Part shown: piece by piece, positions 43,714 to 55,500 of the stretch
How positions within the stretch are numbered: position 1 is the stretch's first letter
Layout of the letters: each line of letters opens with the position of its first letter
From: Mantamonas sphyraenae STR306
Taxonomy: Eukaryota; Protista; CRuMs
Length of the DNA: 64,000 nt
Assembly (NCBI GenBank): GCA_026936335.1
Contig: JAPMXV010000034.1
Coordinates: 675,906-739,905 of the forward strand
Reading direction: 5' to 3'
Translations under genes and position numbers: made by a program
Notes under the pieces: model-generated
What the model saw: the letters and a program-made list of their open reading frames with translations, nothing else
What the model was told of the DNA's origin: nothing
Database searches by the model: none

Positions 43714-44995
43714 ATGTCTGAGTTTGTGTTGCAGGTGCCCAGTGCAGAGGGGAGTGAGGAACTGCCGCTGGGACTAAGTCAGGACGTGCCTGAAGAAAGC
43801 GTAGCCGAGTCGCAGCAGACTCCGCACACCGCGGTCGAGGGGTCGTCGTCGGCGGAGGAGGAGGATGAGAAGGAGGAAGACAAGAGGGACAAACGGGCGA
43901 TCTTGGATCTGTTTAGCGACGTGACGTGCTACGATCTGATGGCGAGCAGCACCAAGGTGCTTGTGTTGGACATGAGGCTTTCTGTGGGAACGGCTTTTGA
44001 AGCGCTGCGGCAGCACGGTGAGTCAGAGGCGGGAGGGAAGGGGAGGGGTTCATGGGTGGATGGGTGGGAGAGGATTCCGGAAGAGGCGAGGGCGTGCGTG
44101 GGCTGTGCGGGAAGGTCGGGTGGGAAGGTCGGCCGGAGGAATGGTGGGAGGGAATTGGAGGTTTGTGGCTGACAAGGTGGGGACAGGTCTGAACAGCGCA
44201 CCGTTGTACAATCACACGGAAAAGAGACTGACGGGCATCTTTTCGATGTCGGACTTTCTGGACGTGCTGTCGCACTTTTACCAGGAGAGCGCAGAGCACA
44301 AGTCCATCCAGGAGAGCCTGAAAGACCACAAAATCGAGTACTGGCGTGCGCTGACAAAGGGCAGACGGCCGAACGAACTGATTTCGGTGACACCGGAAGA
44401 CAGTTTGCATGCAGCGAGCAAGCTGATGGTGAAGCACAGGATCCATCGCGTTGCGATTGTGGACCCTGGGGATCCGACGGCGGTGCTGCACGTGCTGACG
44501 CACATTGCGCTGCTGCGATACATGGTACGCAGCCTGCAGGACAAGCCGCCGATCTTGCAGCTGCGTCTTGATGAGGCTGGGGTGGGCACATATACAAACG
44601 TGGCGACGGTGTTTAAGGACACGCCGCTGATTCACGTTCTGCGGCTGCTGGCGGAGAGGCGCATCTCTGCGCTGCCGGTGGTGGACGAGAGTGGCGTGCT
44701 GGAGAATGTGTACTCGCGTGCGGATGTGACACATCTTGCAGAGATGAACGAGTTTTACAACCTGGACGTGACCATCGGGGAGGCGCTGCAGTACCGCAAG
44801 AAGCGGATCGTGCACACGTGCAACAAGACGGATACACTGCGTACATGTGTGTACCGTATTGCGTCGCGCAAGGTGCATCGCTTGATCTGCGTGGACGACG
44901 AGAATCGCGTCGTGGGGATTGTGTCGCTGACGGACATTCTGAAGTTTCTGCTGGAGGATGGGGATGAGGAGGGGGATGGGGTGGAGGAGGAATGA
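43714..44995 (+). CDS. SNF4: AMPK/SNF1 regulatory gamma subunit (4 CBS domains; intron 44018-44186)
   Basis: TCYDLMASSTKVLVLD..G|LNSAPLY..DFL..IHRV..ISALPVVDE..VHRL..GIVSLTDIL. Confidence 0.88.
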
Positions 44996-45018
44996 AGTGC
45001 GTTTAGTTGGAGGGTTTG

Positions 45019-48000
45019 TTATGAGGGTGGTGGCGGAAGGAAGCAGTGTTTGCACTGGCCCTTTTTGAACATGTGCGGTTCGTACTGCGGGCACTGGCAG
45101 CACTCGTCGGAAGAGAATGAGGAAGTTGCAGTGGGGGTGGATGACGTAGAGGAGGGTGAGGAGGGTGAGGAGGGTTGGGAGGGCGGCGTCGAGGTTTCGA
45201 GATTGAGGACAGAGCGGCGTTTGAGTTTGGCCAGGAGCTCGTTTTCTTCGGATGCGTCCGAGGATGCGGCGGGTTTTGAGGAAAGAGAGGAAGAGGAGGT
45301 GGAGGAGGGGGAGGAGGTGGTTGACGACGGGGTCTCCATGTTGAGCTTGGAGCGGCGTTTGAGTTTGGCCAGGAGCTCGTTTTCCTCGGGTGCGTCGGAG
45401 GATGCGGTAGAGAGGGTGCTATGGTTGCTGGGGGTGGTGGAGGATGTGGAGGTGTCACTGCTTTCCCACTTGCTCCTGCGTTTGAGTTTGGCAAGGAGCT
45501 CGTTTTCCTCCTGCGCCGGTTCGGGTTCGGGTTCGTTCGTTGAGCTCGGGAGGGGGTTCAAAGGCTGAGTCGTCGTCGGTGGCGTTGTCAGTGTCTTCAG
45601 GGGGTGGGGGTGCGTCAAAGGTGAGCTCCGGTTGGGGTTGTGGTTCAGCTTCTTTCGGGGTTTCCTCCCATTGTGCACGGCGCTTCAGCCGTGCCATGAG
45701 TTCGTTCTCTTCAGATGCGGGTTCTGTCTTGGCAGGTCGGGTGCTGGTTGTGGTTGTGGTTGTGGCCGTGCTCGATTCTCCGCCAGTCTCCCACTGTGAG
45801 CGGCGCTTCAGCCGTGCCATGAGTTCGTTTTCCTCTTCAGCAGGGGCTGTTTGCTCAGGTGCTGATTCCTCGGGCTCCGGTTCAGGCTCTGGTTCAGGCT
45901 CCGGTTCAGGCTCCGGTTCTGGTTCAGGTTCTGGTTCAGGCTCCAGTTCAGGTTCTGGCTCTGGTTCAGGCTGGGCTTCAGGCTCCGGTTCAGCTGCTTT
46001 CGGGGTTTCCTCCCATTGTGCACGGCGCTTCAGACGTGCCATCAGCTCGTTCTCTTCAGATGCGGGTTCTGTCTTGGCAGGTCGAGTGCTGGTTGTGGTT
46101 GTGGTTCTGACCGATTCTCCGTCAGTCTCCCATTGCGAGCGGCGCTTCAGCCGTGCCATGAGTTCGTTCTCCTCTTCAGCAGGGGCTGGTTGCTCAGGTG
46201 CTGATTCCTCGGGCTCTGGTTCAGGCTCCAGTTCAGGTTCTGGCTCTGGTTCAGGCTGGGCTTCAGGCTCCGGTTCAGCTGCTTTCGGGGTTTCCTCCCA
46301 TTGTGCACGGCGCTTCAGACGTGCCATGAGTTCGTTCTCTTCAGATGCCGGTTCCGTCTTGGCTGGTAGTGTCTTGGCAGGTCGAGTGCTGGTTGTGGTT
46401 GTGGTTGTTGCCGTGCTCGATTCTGCGCCAGTCTCCCACTGCGAACGGCGCTTCAGCCGTGCCATGAGTTCGTTCTCCTCTTCAGCAGGGGCTGGTTGCT
46501 CAGGTACTGATTCCTCGGGCTCAGGCTCTGGTTCAGGCTCCGGTTCAGGTTCAGGCTCTGGTTCAGGTTCAGGCTCTGGTTCAGGCTCAGGTTCAGGTTC
46601 TGGTTCAGGTTCAGGCTGGGCTTCAGGCTCCGGTTCAGCTTCCTTCGGGGTTTCCTCCCATTGTGCACGGCGCTTCAGACGTGCCATGAGTTCGTTCTCT
46701 TCAGATGCCGGTTCCGTCTTGGCTGGTGGTGCCTTGGCAGGTCGAGTGCTAGTTGTGGTTGTGGTTGTTGCCGTGCTCGATTCTGCGCCAGTCTCCCACT
46801 GCGAACGGCGCTTCAGCCGTGCCATGAGTTCGTTCTCCTCTTCAGCAGGGGCTGGTTGCTCAGGCACTGATTCCTCGGGCTCGGGCTCCGGTTCAGGTTC
46901 AGGCTCTGGTTCAGGTTCAGGCTCTGGTTCAGGTTCAGATTCTGGCTCTGGTTCAGGCTGGGCTTCAGGTTCCGGTTCAGCTTCCTTCGGGGTTTCCTCC
47001 CATTGTGCACGGCGCTTCAGACGTGCCATGAGTTCGTTCTCTTCAGATGCCGGTTCCGTCTTGGCTGGTGGTGCCTTGGCAGGTCGAGTGCTGGTTGTGG
47101 TTGTGGTTGTTGCCGTGCTCGATTCTGCGCCAGTCTCCCACTGCGAACGGCGCTTCAGCCGTGCCATGAGTTCGTTCTCCTCTTCAGCAGGGGCTGTTTG
47201 CTCAGGTACTGATTCCTCGGGCTCGGGCTCTGGCTCAGGTTCAGGCTCAGGCTCAGGTTCTGCTGCCTTCGGGGTCTCCTCCACCTGGGCACGGCTTTGC
47301 AAACGCGCCGTCAATTCGGTCTGCTCCTGTGCGACGTTGACTTTGCCGGCCTCAGGCTTTGCGGATCTTGTTGTCCCCTCCTCGCCGCTATCGGCCCCCG
47401 TTGCTATCTCATCTTCCTCTGGCTCGGCTTTTCCAGGCGCCGTTGGCACCAACGATTTCTGTTCAACCTCTGTCTCTTCAGTCTGTTCCCCTTCCCCCTC
47501 TTCCTCATCCCGCGCCACGAAGAATTCGCTTCCCAAACTCTCAACCTTGTTCTTCATGCCGTCCCACGAGGCTTCCAGCTCTGTCTCCAGCCACCCAACG
47601 GCATTGCCCAACTTGTGCACGCGGCTGCGCATCTCATAATAAATTCCCCCGTCTGGCACAGTCCCAAGCTCGCGCAGGAAAGACTGCATCTGCTCTCGAT
47701 TCTCATCCACGACACTGTTCAGCGCCCTCATGTGCGCTTCCTTCTCTCCGAATCGCACCCCGTTCGCAATGTTCTGCACCACCTTGGTCACATAAAGCAA
47801 CCCACGACTCATCCCACTCTCCATTTCACCCACTTCCAACAAGCCATGCTTCTCTGGCGTCAACAGCGCCGGACACAAAAACCGCAGAAACAAAAACCCG
47901 GCAAGCGCCACCTGGCCCCCTTCGCCGAAACGCGCGTTCACCTGCTGCACGAGGTGTGCACACACATACCGCAGCTGCAGAGGCATTTTGGACGCGCTCT

Positions 48001-49289
48001 CGCACACCGCGCGCATCACACTCGCAACCACATGGCCCACAATTTCCACGTTCCGCTCCGCGTCCTCACTCATGCTCGGGTTCACCTCCAGCATCGTCGG
48101 GTCCATTGCACAAAGCTTTTCCATCTCCATGCCAAGCACCTCTTTGCGGTAAACTTCACCCACCAGATTGGCATACTCGCGAAGCAGCTTTGTCGTCGGG
48201 CTGTTCGTCCGAAACAGAGTCTCCTTGTCCACTGCAACCATGTTAGCGATCCTCAACCGCATTGTCAACTTCTCTTGTGCACTGATCACACTTACGTGCT
48301 TGTCCGACCTCCATGCTGATCATGCGCGTCAACATCGGTAACGCAAGCGACTTGAACTCGGCCAACTCGCACATGACTGCACAAACCCGGTCCTGAGCCT
48401 TGCTCGACGAGCAAAACACCCAAAGCACCTCTGGGTGCATCGTCAAGTACTGTACATGATGTGTCGATGTGTCAGCTGGCACTTTGGAAACCAAAACACA
48501 ACGACGGCGTCACTTACCTCTACCAACTCGTCTGCTGCGTTGTCGCTTGCCTGCTGATGCTTCGAACTGTTCGAGCGCACCAACGTGTTTGCACCCTCGT
48601 ACCGCACACGAAGCTCAACGCGTCCGTACGCAAGCGCCGTCCACGACGAATCTGCGTCACCGTCTCCATTGCCCAGCTGTTGCCATTCGGACTTGCCCTC
48701 GTTGCGCGTCACAAGATCCATCTCTTCTACCTCACAAAGCCCTGTGTGTCATCGTCGTTCCGTGTGTTTTGTCAGCGCGTGTGTCGTGCGCAACTTTTCC
48801 CGTTTTCTGGCAACACCTTGGTTAACCTACCCAAGAACAGCTCCTGGCCACCTTTGGCCTCAGCCCACACTCCTACACACAGAGAAGCCTCCTCTTCGTA
48901 TTCTCTGATGGGTGTGGGCATCCACGACAAACACGCGGCCCGGTGTCAGCTGCCGCAAACGTCTTGCAAATCCGTCGTTTCCCTCCCACGCCAATCAATC
49001 TCCCGCCGTGGACCCTCGGTCAACTTACAAATAGAACGTTTCGCCCCACAGATCTTCGCCTGCATGCTCCTTGTTCACAGGCGCTTTGCTCGTTTTGGCA
49101 AGTTGGGTCCCATATGCGGCAAGCGCGTACACAGACCACTCGTCGCCACGCAGATCCGCCCACTCCTCAGGGCTAAACAGCGCTTCTGCACTCGCAACTG
49201 TGCTCATCCACACGTGTCAGTACAAACTGCTACACCACTGAGTCTACCTCTTCAACCATGGCAAACTCACTCGTGACCACGAGCGACAT
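45019..49289 (-). CDS. C2 + RasGAP protein with long repetitive tail and C-terminal Cys/His motif; multi-exon; frameshift at ~45540
   Basis: [11 protein letters not shown] arginine finger, [22 protein letters not shown]. The 5' exons encode a C2-like region (WGETFYL..VGVW..LFLG..EW..L..GRVELRV); last intron 48232-48295. Confidence 0.82.
45200..47320 (-). repeat. Coding tandem repeat: five ~300-360 bp units plus degenerate copies, encoding [12 protein letters not shown](S/A)QWE motifs separated by (EP)n and Thr-rich spacers
   Basis: Near-identical DNA units visible directly; 10 ELMARLKRR and 3 ELLAKLKRR motifs. Confidence 0.95.
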
Positions 49290-49379
49290 TCTCGGTTCTC
49301 CTTGCGGCTCCCGCGCACACCCTATCGCTGGCATGTGTGTGGGTCTGAAAGAAAGAATCATTAACACATGGCGCATGTT

Positions 49380-49898
49380 CTATTCATTCTTTTCATGCTT
49401 CTCCTCTCCCTTGCCTGCAGAGAACACGGCGCGGGCCAACACCACAACCGGCCACACCATCCACAGGCCGTTAAAGACGTAAAAAGCAAGGAGAGAGTTG
49501 GCTGGTGTCGCGCCGTAGTGCTCCTCGTAGATTGTGGGAACCCATGCGCGCAGCAGTGCGCCAGCCGTGAAGAGCGCGAGCGGTTCGCGCCATTTCGCGC
49601 CGGCAAGAATACCCACCATGTTCAGCACATACAGCGGGCCATTGAAGTACACATGGATGCACGTATCCAGCTGCATCGCATACTCAAAGTTGCCAAACAG
49701 CGGATCCATCTCCTTGCCGTACGCGCGGACAAGATCCCAAAAGGGTCCTGTGCGCCCCTCCATGTACTGGTCGAAGCTGCCCGACAGGCACAGCGGGTAC
49801 TCGATGCCCAAGTTCGACACAAGAAACACTAGCAGCACAACAAGCTGCACCTTGTCCCAAAACGACATCCTAGGCTGCAATTGTTTCAGTTGCACCAT
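49380..49898 (-). CDS. EXPERA-domain (EBP/TMEM97-like) membrane protein
   Basis: About 4 TM; YGKEMDPLF and FNGLWMVWP motifs; Lys-containing C-terminal tail. Confidence 0.65.
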   Translation of the reverse strand: MVQLKQLQPRMSFWDKVQLVVLLVFLVSNLGIEYPLCLSGSFDQYMEGRTGPFWDLVRAYGKEMDPLFGNFEYAMQLDTCIHVYFNGPLYVLNMVGILAGAKWREPLALFTAGALLRAWVPTIYEEHYGATPANSLLAFYVFNGLWMVWPVVVLARAVFSAGKGEEKHEKNE

Positions 49899-49932
49899 CG
49901 GCGCAAACACCCGTACATGTTCATATGGCTCA

Positions 49933-51229
49933 TCAAAACATCAAAAAGACACTCCACACAAGCGCCACAGTCATCACAAGAGCGGCAGAGGCAGCCAGCG
50001 GGCGCGATGCCGATGACACCGTGAGTTTGGCCGGTTCGAAGCAGTCTGTCTCGGCGATCTCGATGTGCTCCACTGTAGGTGCCAGAGTCTTGAATGCAGC
50101 GGTGCAGAATTGCGTGGAGCCAGTGTAAAGCTCAGAAAAGGGACGTCCGTCTGCAGTCAGATCCGTGGCGTTACCGCAGGTCTTCCAGATGGTGTCGCAG
50201 TACGACTTGCACACCTTGAGGACTCGGTATGTGGCCAAGGAACTGCTGGGCGTGGTCTCATTCACGCGGTAAAACTTGGCAGAGTCAGGTGAGCAGCGCG
50301 CGCAGTTGATGACGCTTTGATGGAACGAGCAGGCTGTGCTGGTGGACGCACGCGTCAGAAGTGTCGGGTTGGCCGGCTGCTGGTTGGCTTCGGTCTGAGT
50401 GCAGCAGCTGTTGTTCTGGAACTGAGCACAATACGTGTTGAGCTGCGGAACGGGCATCTGAGGAATCAGCTGGTTTGTAGCCGGGCACGTCTTGACACTG
50501 GTGCCCCATTTGAGCTCAAAGGAGCTCATCTGGCTCGCTGCCGCCATACCACCCGTGTAGGACAGGCGCACAGTGATCTCTTTGGCCAGGTTAGTGTTTC
50601 CAGTCGTGCTGTAGATCGAGTGCGGAAATGCTGCCGGCGCATTGAAGGTCGTCGTCGAAACCGCTGACGTGCCGTTGACTTCCAGCGTCAGAGTGTACGA
50701 CCCATACAGCGCAAACTTGGTGAACTGGACATAGAGCTGCTTCTGCAGCGAGTCAACGGAGGGCTTGATGCGCCACACGCAGGCGGCAGGCGCCGGCACA
50801 CCATCTCCTGCGTACATCAGGTCTCCAGAAATGGTACCACTGCCGTGCGAGAAAGCGACGCCATGCATTGGAAGTGTCAGCCGGGCACAGAGGGAACGGT
50901 CCGAGAAAAGGAGGGCACGGAGTTCGCTCAACGTTTTGGCGGGCTGAAGTCACAGATTTTCAAGTGTGTGTCCACGCCGACGATCGATCACAAAGAAAGT
51001 GCAGGCGAAAGGAACCTGTGGGAACATGCCGAAATTGTGCTCGGAGGACGACAGGTATCGCAAAGGACGCGCAGGAGAGGACGGGGGATGGGAAGTCGCT
51101 CGCGGCGTCGCTGACGCTACTCTGTACTTACGTTTGCGCGGTGAGGATGGCCTCAACAGGGCATTCGGCGGCGACGCCGGCCAGCACAAAGGCAGCAAAC
51201 AAGATTGCAACACAGGCGGCAGGGCGCAT
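49933..51229 (-). CDS. Putative GPI-anchored CUB-like + folate-receptor-like protein, copy 2 (intron 50840-51131)
   Basis: Signal exon MRPAACVAILFAAFVLAGVAAECP; shares CVWRIK, KEITVRLSYTGG, PQMPVPQ and NNSCCT with the 32183 gene, and the same intron position. Confidence 0.75.
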
Positions 51230-51310
51230 GGTCTGGTCTCTGGTGGCAGTGGAGTTGGTTGGCGGCGTTTGCGAAAGTGGGCGGCAATTTTGTGAATCGC
51301 GTACAGAGGT

Positions 51311-52169
51311 TCATTTTTTGAAGCAGAGACAGTTGATGAGGGTGCTCACAGCCCAGATACCTGCAAACAGGGCGATGACGGCGTTGGAGCCGACTCCGGA
51401 CGTCGAAGAGGAGTCTCGAAGCGAGTCGTAGCGCAAACCAAAGTTGAAGGAGGTTTGTGTGCGCGGCACAGGTTGTCCGTTGTGACAAACTTCGTAACTG
51501 CACGTGGCTCCACCGAATGGACCGTTGTAGCTGAACACTGCGAGGTCGTTTGTGCAGGGGCGACAAACACGCTTGTCGCAGACGCCTGTGGGTGATGGTG
51601 GACACATGTGCAGTCCCATGCATGTATAACACAAGCGCCATGATCGGCGGACCGGGTCAGCATCCTCCTGGAGGGTGCGGGAAAGGGCAGGGAAAGGGGG
51701 GAATGGAGCGCGCGCGCCTCCTGCGCAGCTCGGTTTGGAGCGACGTACCGGCCCACAACAGGTACCTGCTGTTGTTGCGCTCGTCAAACGCGATCTTTCC
51801 GCAAAAGGTGTGGTCGTTGACACCGCGCACGACGCGTAGCCAGGCATTGGTGATTGTGTCTGCGCCGGCGTAAAATGACGTGCAGGGGCGGTTGAGAATG
51901 TCCACTTCGAGCTGCTTGCAGACGCCGTACTGGTCGTCCGCAGGGTCAGTGTGGCAATAGGAACCCGGTGCACAGTCGCATGAGGATTTACAGGGTCGAC
52001 AGCGCGTTGTGGGAGGCGTCGTGGCCGATTGGACGAGCACGCAATGTGGGGCGATGTTGCCCGCAAAGGTCGCCAACTTGCAGTCATTGGGAACGGTGCA
52101 TGCCAGGTCTTCCTGCTGCTGCGCAACAACCAGCACAGCCACGAGGAGAGTAAGGAGCAGGAAGCGCAT
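51311..52169 (-). CDS. Cys-rich type I membrane protein, copy 2 (intron 51586-51748)
   Basis: MRFLLLTLLVAVLVVA signal; ILNRPCTSFYAGADTITNAW..VRGVNDHTFCGKIAFD is identical to copy 1. Confidence 0.78.
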
Positions 52170-52192
52170 TGTTGGTTGCGGCTGGGCAAGAT

Positions 52193-52502
52193 TCATTCTT
52201 CCAGGCGTTGGCGTTTGGAGGAGGAGGAGGAGGAGGAGGAGGAAGGGGTTTTGCGCTTGGGCAGGGTGAAGGAGGGGATGGGGTAGGCGTTGACGAGTGC
52301 ATAGGTGGTGGGGCGAGTGGTGATGTGGGGTGTGATGCGGTCGATGAGGGTGTGGAGGAGGGTGTGCAGGGTGGCGTCGCTGGGTTTGGGTTTTGTCGAG
52401 CCAGGCGATCTTGAGGGAGAGGGAGGTGACGCCACGGGTGAGGGAGTTGCTGATGGCATGTTGCACTTGCTGGTAGGTGAGGTGAGGTCTGAGGAGGCGG
52501 AC
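52193..52502 (-). pseudogene. 3' fragment of the subtelomeric repeat-domain gene X
   Basis: VRLLRPHLTYQQVQHAISNSLTRGVTSLSLKIAWLD..PKRK..KRQRLEE matches the last ~100 codons of the 56133 and 60009 genes; no 5' part; extra A at ~52391. Confidence 0.85.
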
Positions 52503-52561
52503 TTGGTGACAAGTAGCTGTTTCATGGTGTGAAAACCATTCAAGCGCACGGAGGTGGATTC

Positions 52562-55500
52562 TCATCCACCAGCCACTCGCACCTCTGCCTCCACCAATCG
52601 CAAGGCCATGTACCCCTGCATCAGCTCGCCGTAGTACCCACGATGGTTGTCTCCATGCACCACAAACACATTCTTGTCTGCTGTCCACCCATCATCGAAA
52701 TTGCCCAGCAGTTGTTTCTTCAACACACCTGTGGGCGCCTTGACACTGCTCAGCCAAACACCACATGTACCTTGCCTCCAGGGCCAGCCAGGGGTTGGAA
52801 CACCTCCTCGATCAGCTTCTCTGTGCCCATCACCTTGTCGTACTCCTCCTTGATCATCCCCAGATCCACCTGGTCGTTTGCTTGCACTCCATCCTCGCTG
52901 AACTTGCACTGAATGCACTCCACCACCACGCCATCCTCGGTGGGATGCACTGAAACCACATCCGCGAAGGGTGCCTTGTCTGCGTTGAGAATGTGGATGC
53001 TGTGGTGCAGTCGATCCTTCTCCTTCTCTGCATGCTTCTGTACGATGCCAGCCACTTCATCCAGGTGGATGGGGAAGGGCTTTTTCAGATCCACCAGCTG
53101 AGAGCCAGTCACACGCGTGCTGTACTTGATGTTGCGAAGTGGAGGACTGCACATCGCTCCACGATGCCATTGCGAGCCACGCATCGTGCTGTGTGATGGT
53201 GGGGATTCCACCAGTGCCTGTGCTCGCAGGCGGTGGTAGTGCCGTGCGAATTGCTCGTACTTTTCCCAGTGATCCACTGGATCCAGCCGATCCATCCAGC
53301 GAAGCAGGATGCTGTCATCACGCCCTTCTTCTTCTACACGCAGAGGAATGGGCACAACTTGTCCATCATGCACAATCACCAGCCCGCAGTCCATGTGCTC
53401 CTGCAATGTCGAGTCCCCAAACACATCCGTCAGTTCCACACGCTCCTTGAACAGATTCATGCGGATCATCTGCTTGGCCACTTCGGCAGGGAACTCCTTG
53501 GTGTTGATGCGATTCTTCACCTGCTTCAATGACGCATCCAGATCCTTGGCGATGAGATCCACCTCCCAGTCCTTCTTGAGGTCGTATTCCTTGGCAATCA
53601 TCTCCACCGCGCGTGGGACACCAAACACACGGCGAAGGGTGTTGACCAGCACAGGTACATGGCCTTGTTTTTGAGCTTTATCCAGTGTGGTGTTGACAAA
53701 GCCAAGCACAGCCAGCAGGGATTCAGCCAGACTGAGTGTGGGCACAGCCAGCGAGTGGGCCCTGTACGTGGAGTTGCGGTGCAGTGCCCCAAGCAGATAC
53801 AGGTCTCGAGTGCCAGCCACAGCAACCACAGCTCGGCACCGGTGTTCTTGGCCATTGTGGGTGCCACGCAGATTGTTTGTGGATGGCATGATGCCAGCAA
53901 CAGAGCGAATCACCTGCTCCAGTGTCTTGCGCTTGTATGGGTCGTTGTCCACGATGCGTTGTACCTCGTCAAAGCCCACATAGAGGAGCACAGGCCTGCC
54001 ATTGTTGTGTTTCTGCGCGTGTTGGATGATCAGCCTGGCGGCATCCACGGGTTCTGGCAAACTGATCAGTGACCTTTCCAAGTTTTCGACGTGGTGAGGA
54101 TGGAGCCGCCTGTCGTTTCCGTTGTCAACCGCGTATTGGTGCAACATGCGCACACCAAGGCCTCGTTCACTCCAGGTGCCTTCAATCTCTGGAAAGTTCC
54201 TGTTGTTGAGCGTGAGTAGCACGGGGACGACTTGAAGGTGTGCCAAGTCATCCTTCCTTGCCACGTCCTCCAACGTGTTGACCAGTTCCATGAGCATGCG
54301 AGTCTTGCCTGACCCTGGCATGCCTGCTAACGAGTACAGCCACGTGTCGGTCCGGTCTTGATTCTTGCGGGGAAGCTGAAACTGAACCTCCTGGCTGAAG
54401 CTGTCCAGTGCATCCTGCCGATTCTGAAGTGGGATCTGCATGGCTCGTTCCGTGGACTCCACGTCTCCCAATGGCGTGTTCTTCTTGCTGAGATCGAAAA
54501 AGGGTTCCACCTGCAACAATTCGGCAAATTGCTCCACGGACGTCAGCTCCACCCGCTCCACTGCGTGTTTGTCAATGCACAGGGTGTCAGCGACGTCATG
54601 GACGGCTCAAAGAAACGTTGGAACCTACCGTGGGGTGAAATGTGTGCAGCTGCCTCCCGTAAGCCTGTGGGGAGTGGGCGGGTGTCAGCGAAAAATGGCT
54701 TCGGAAAAGTGTGGGTGTCAGGAACTCACGATCTCGGTGCGCCTGGGCCTTGTGCAACTCGGAGTTCGCGTTCTCTACACCCCGAGTTGACTCTTCAACC
54801 TGCTGTTGGTAGTGTGCAGCAGCGTACTCATCGCCCTTCTCCCTAGCAGCCAGTAGGGCATTGGCAAAAGCATCTCGTTCCGATTTGGCAACTTCCGCCT
54901 TTGCCTCCGCCACTTTCACCTCTGCCTCAGCCACCTCTGCCTCTGCCTTTGCCACTTCCGTCTCTGCCTTTGCCACAACTTTCTCCTTCTCATCCACGAG
55001 ATTCTGCAAGGCCTCCTTCTCTCCTTGTGGGCTGTGTCGCAGCTGTTCGCGAGCTTGCCCAAGTTCCGCGGACAACGACTTGGCTTCCACCTTTGCAACC
55101 TCCGCCTTTGCCTCCGCCACTTCCTTCTCCGCCTTTGCCACTTCCACCTTTGCCTCCACCAGTTCCTTCTCCTTCTCATCCACGAGATTCTGCACGGCCT
55201 CCTTCTCTCCTTGTGCGCTCAGTCGCAGCTGTTGGCGAGCTTGGCCAAGTTCCGCGGACAACGACTCTACACGGTTGCGCAACCTCTCCAGGCGCTCCTC
55301 ACGCTTGTTCAGCTTGCTTCTGGCCTCCAAGAACAACTCCTCAGCACTGATAGTGGCTGTGGACATGCTGCAGCGCTGCACGACAGCGGCTGTGCCGTTG
55401 AGCCATGATGATGATGAGGACGATGTGTTCCTGCCCTGCCACGACCGGGCCGCATGCAAACTGGCACCCACAGCCACGTCGTGTCGAGGACGCATCGTGT

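Noticed and set aside
45600-47300. Regularly spaced near-identical repeats resembling a CRISPR array or satellite
   Set aside because: The units lie in frame within the RasGAP ORF, the spacers are themselves repeated (EP)n/Thr codons, the context is eukaryotic, and there are no cas genes.
45540-47639. 699-aa Ser/Gly-rich + strand ORF (and the 549-aa ORF at 60138-61787)
   Set aside because: Antisense shadows of repetitive minus-strand coding sequence; long shadow ORFs are common at this GC content.
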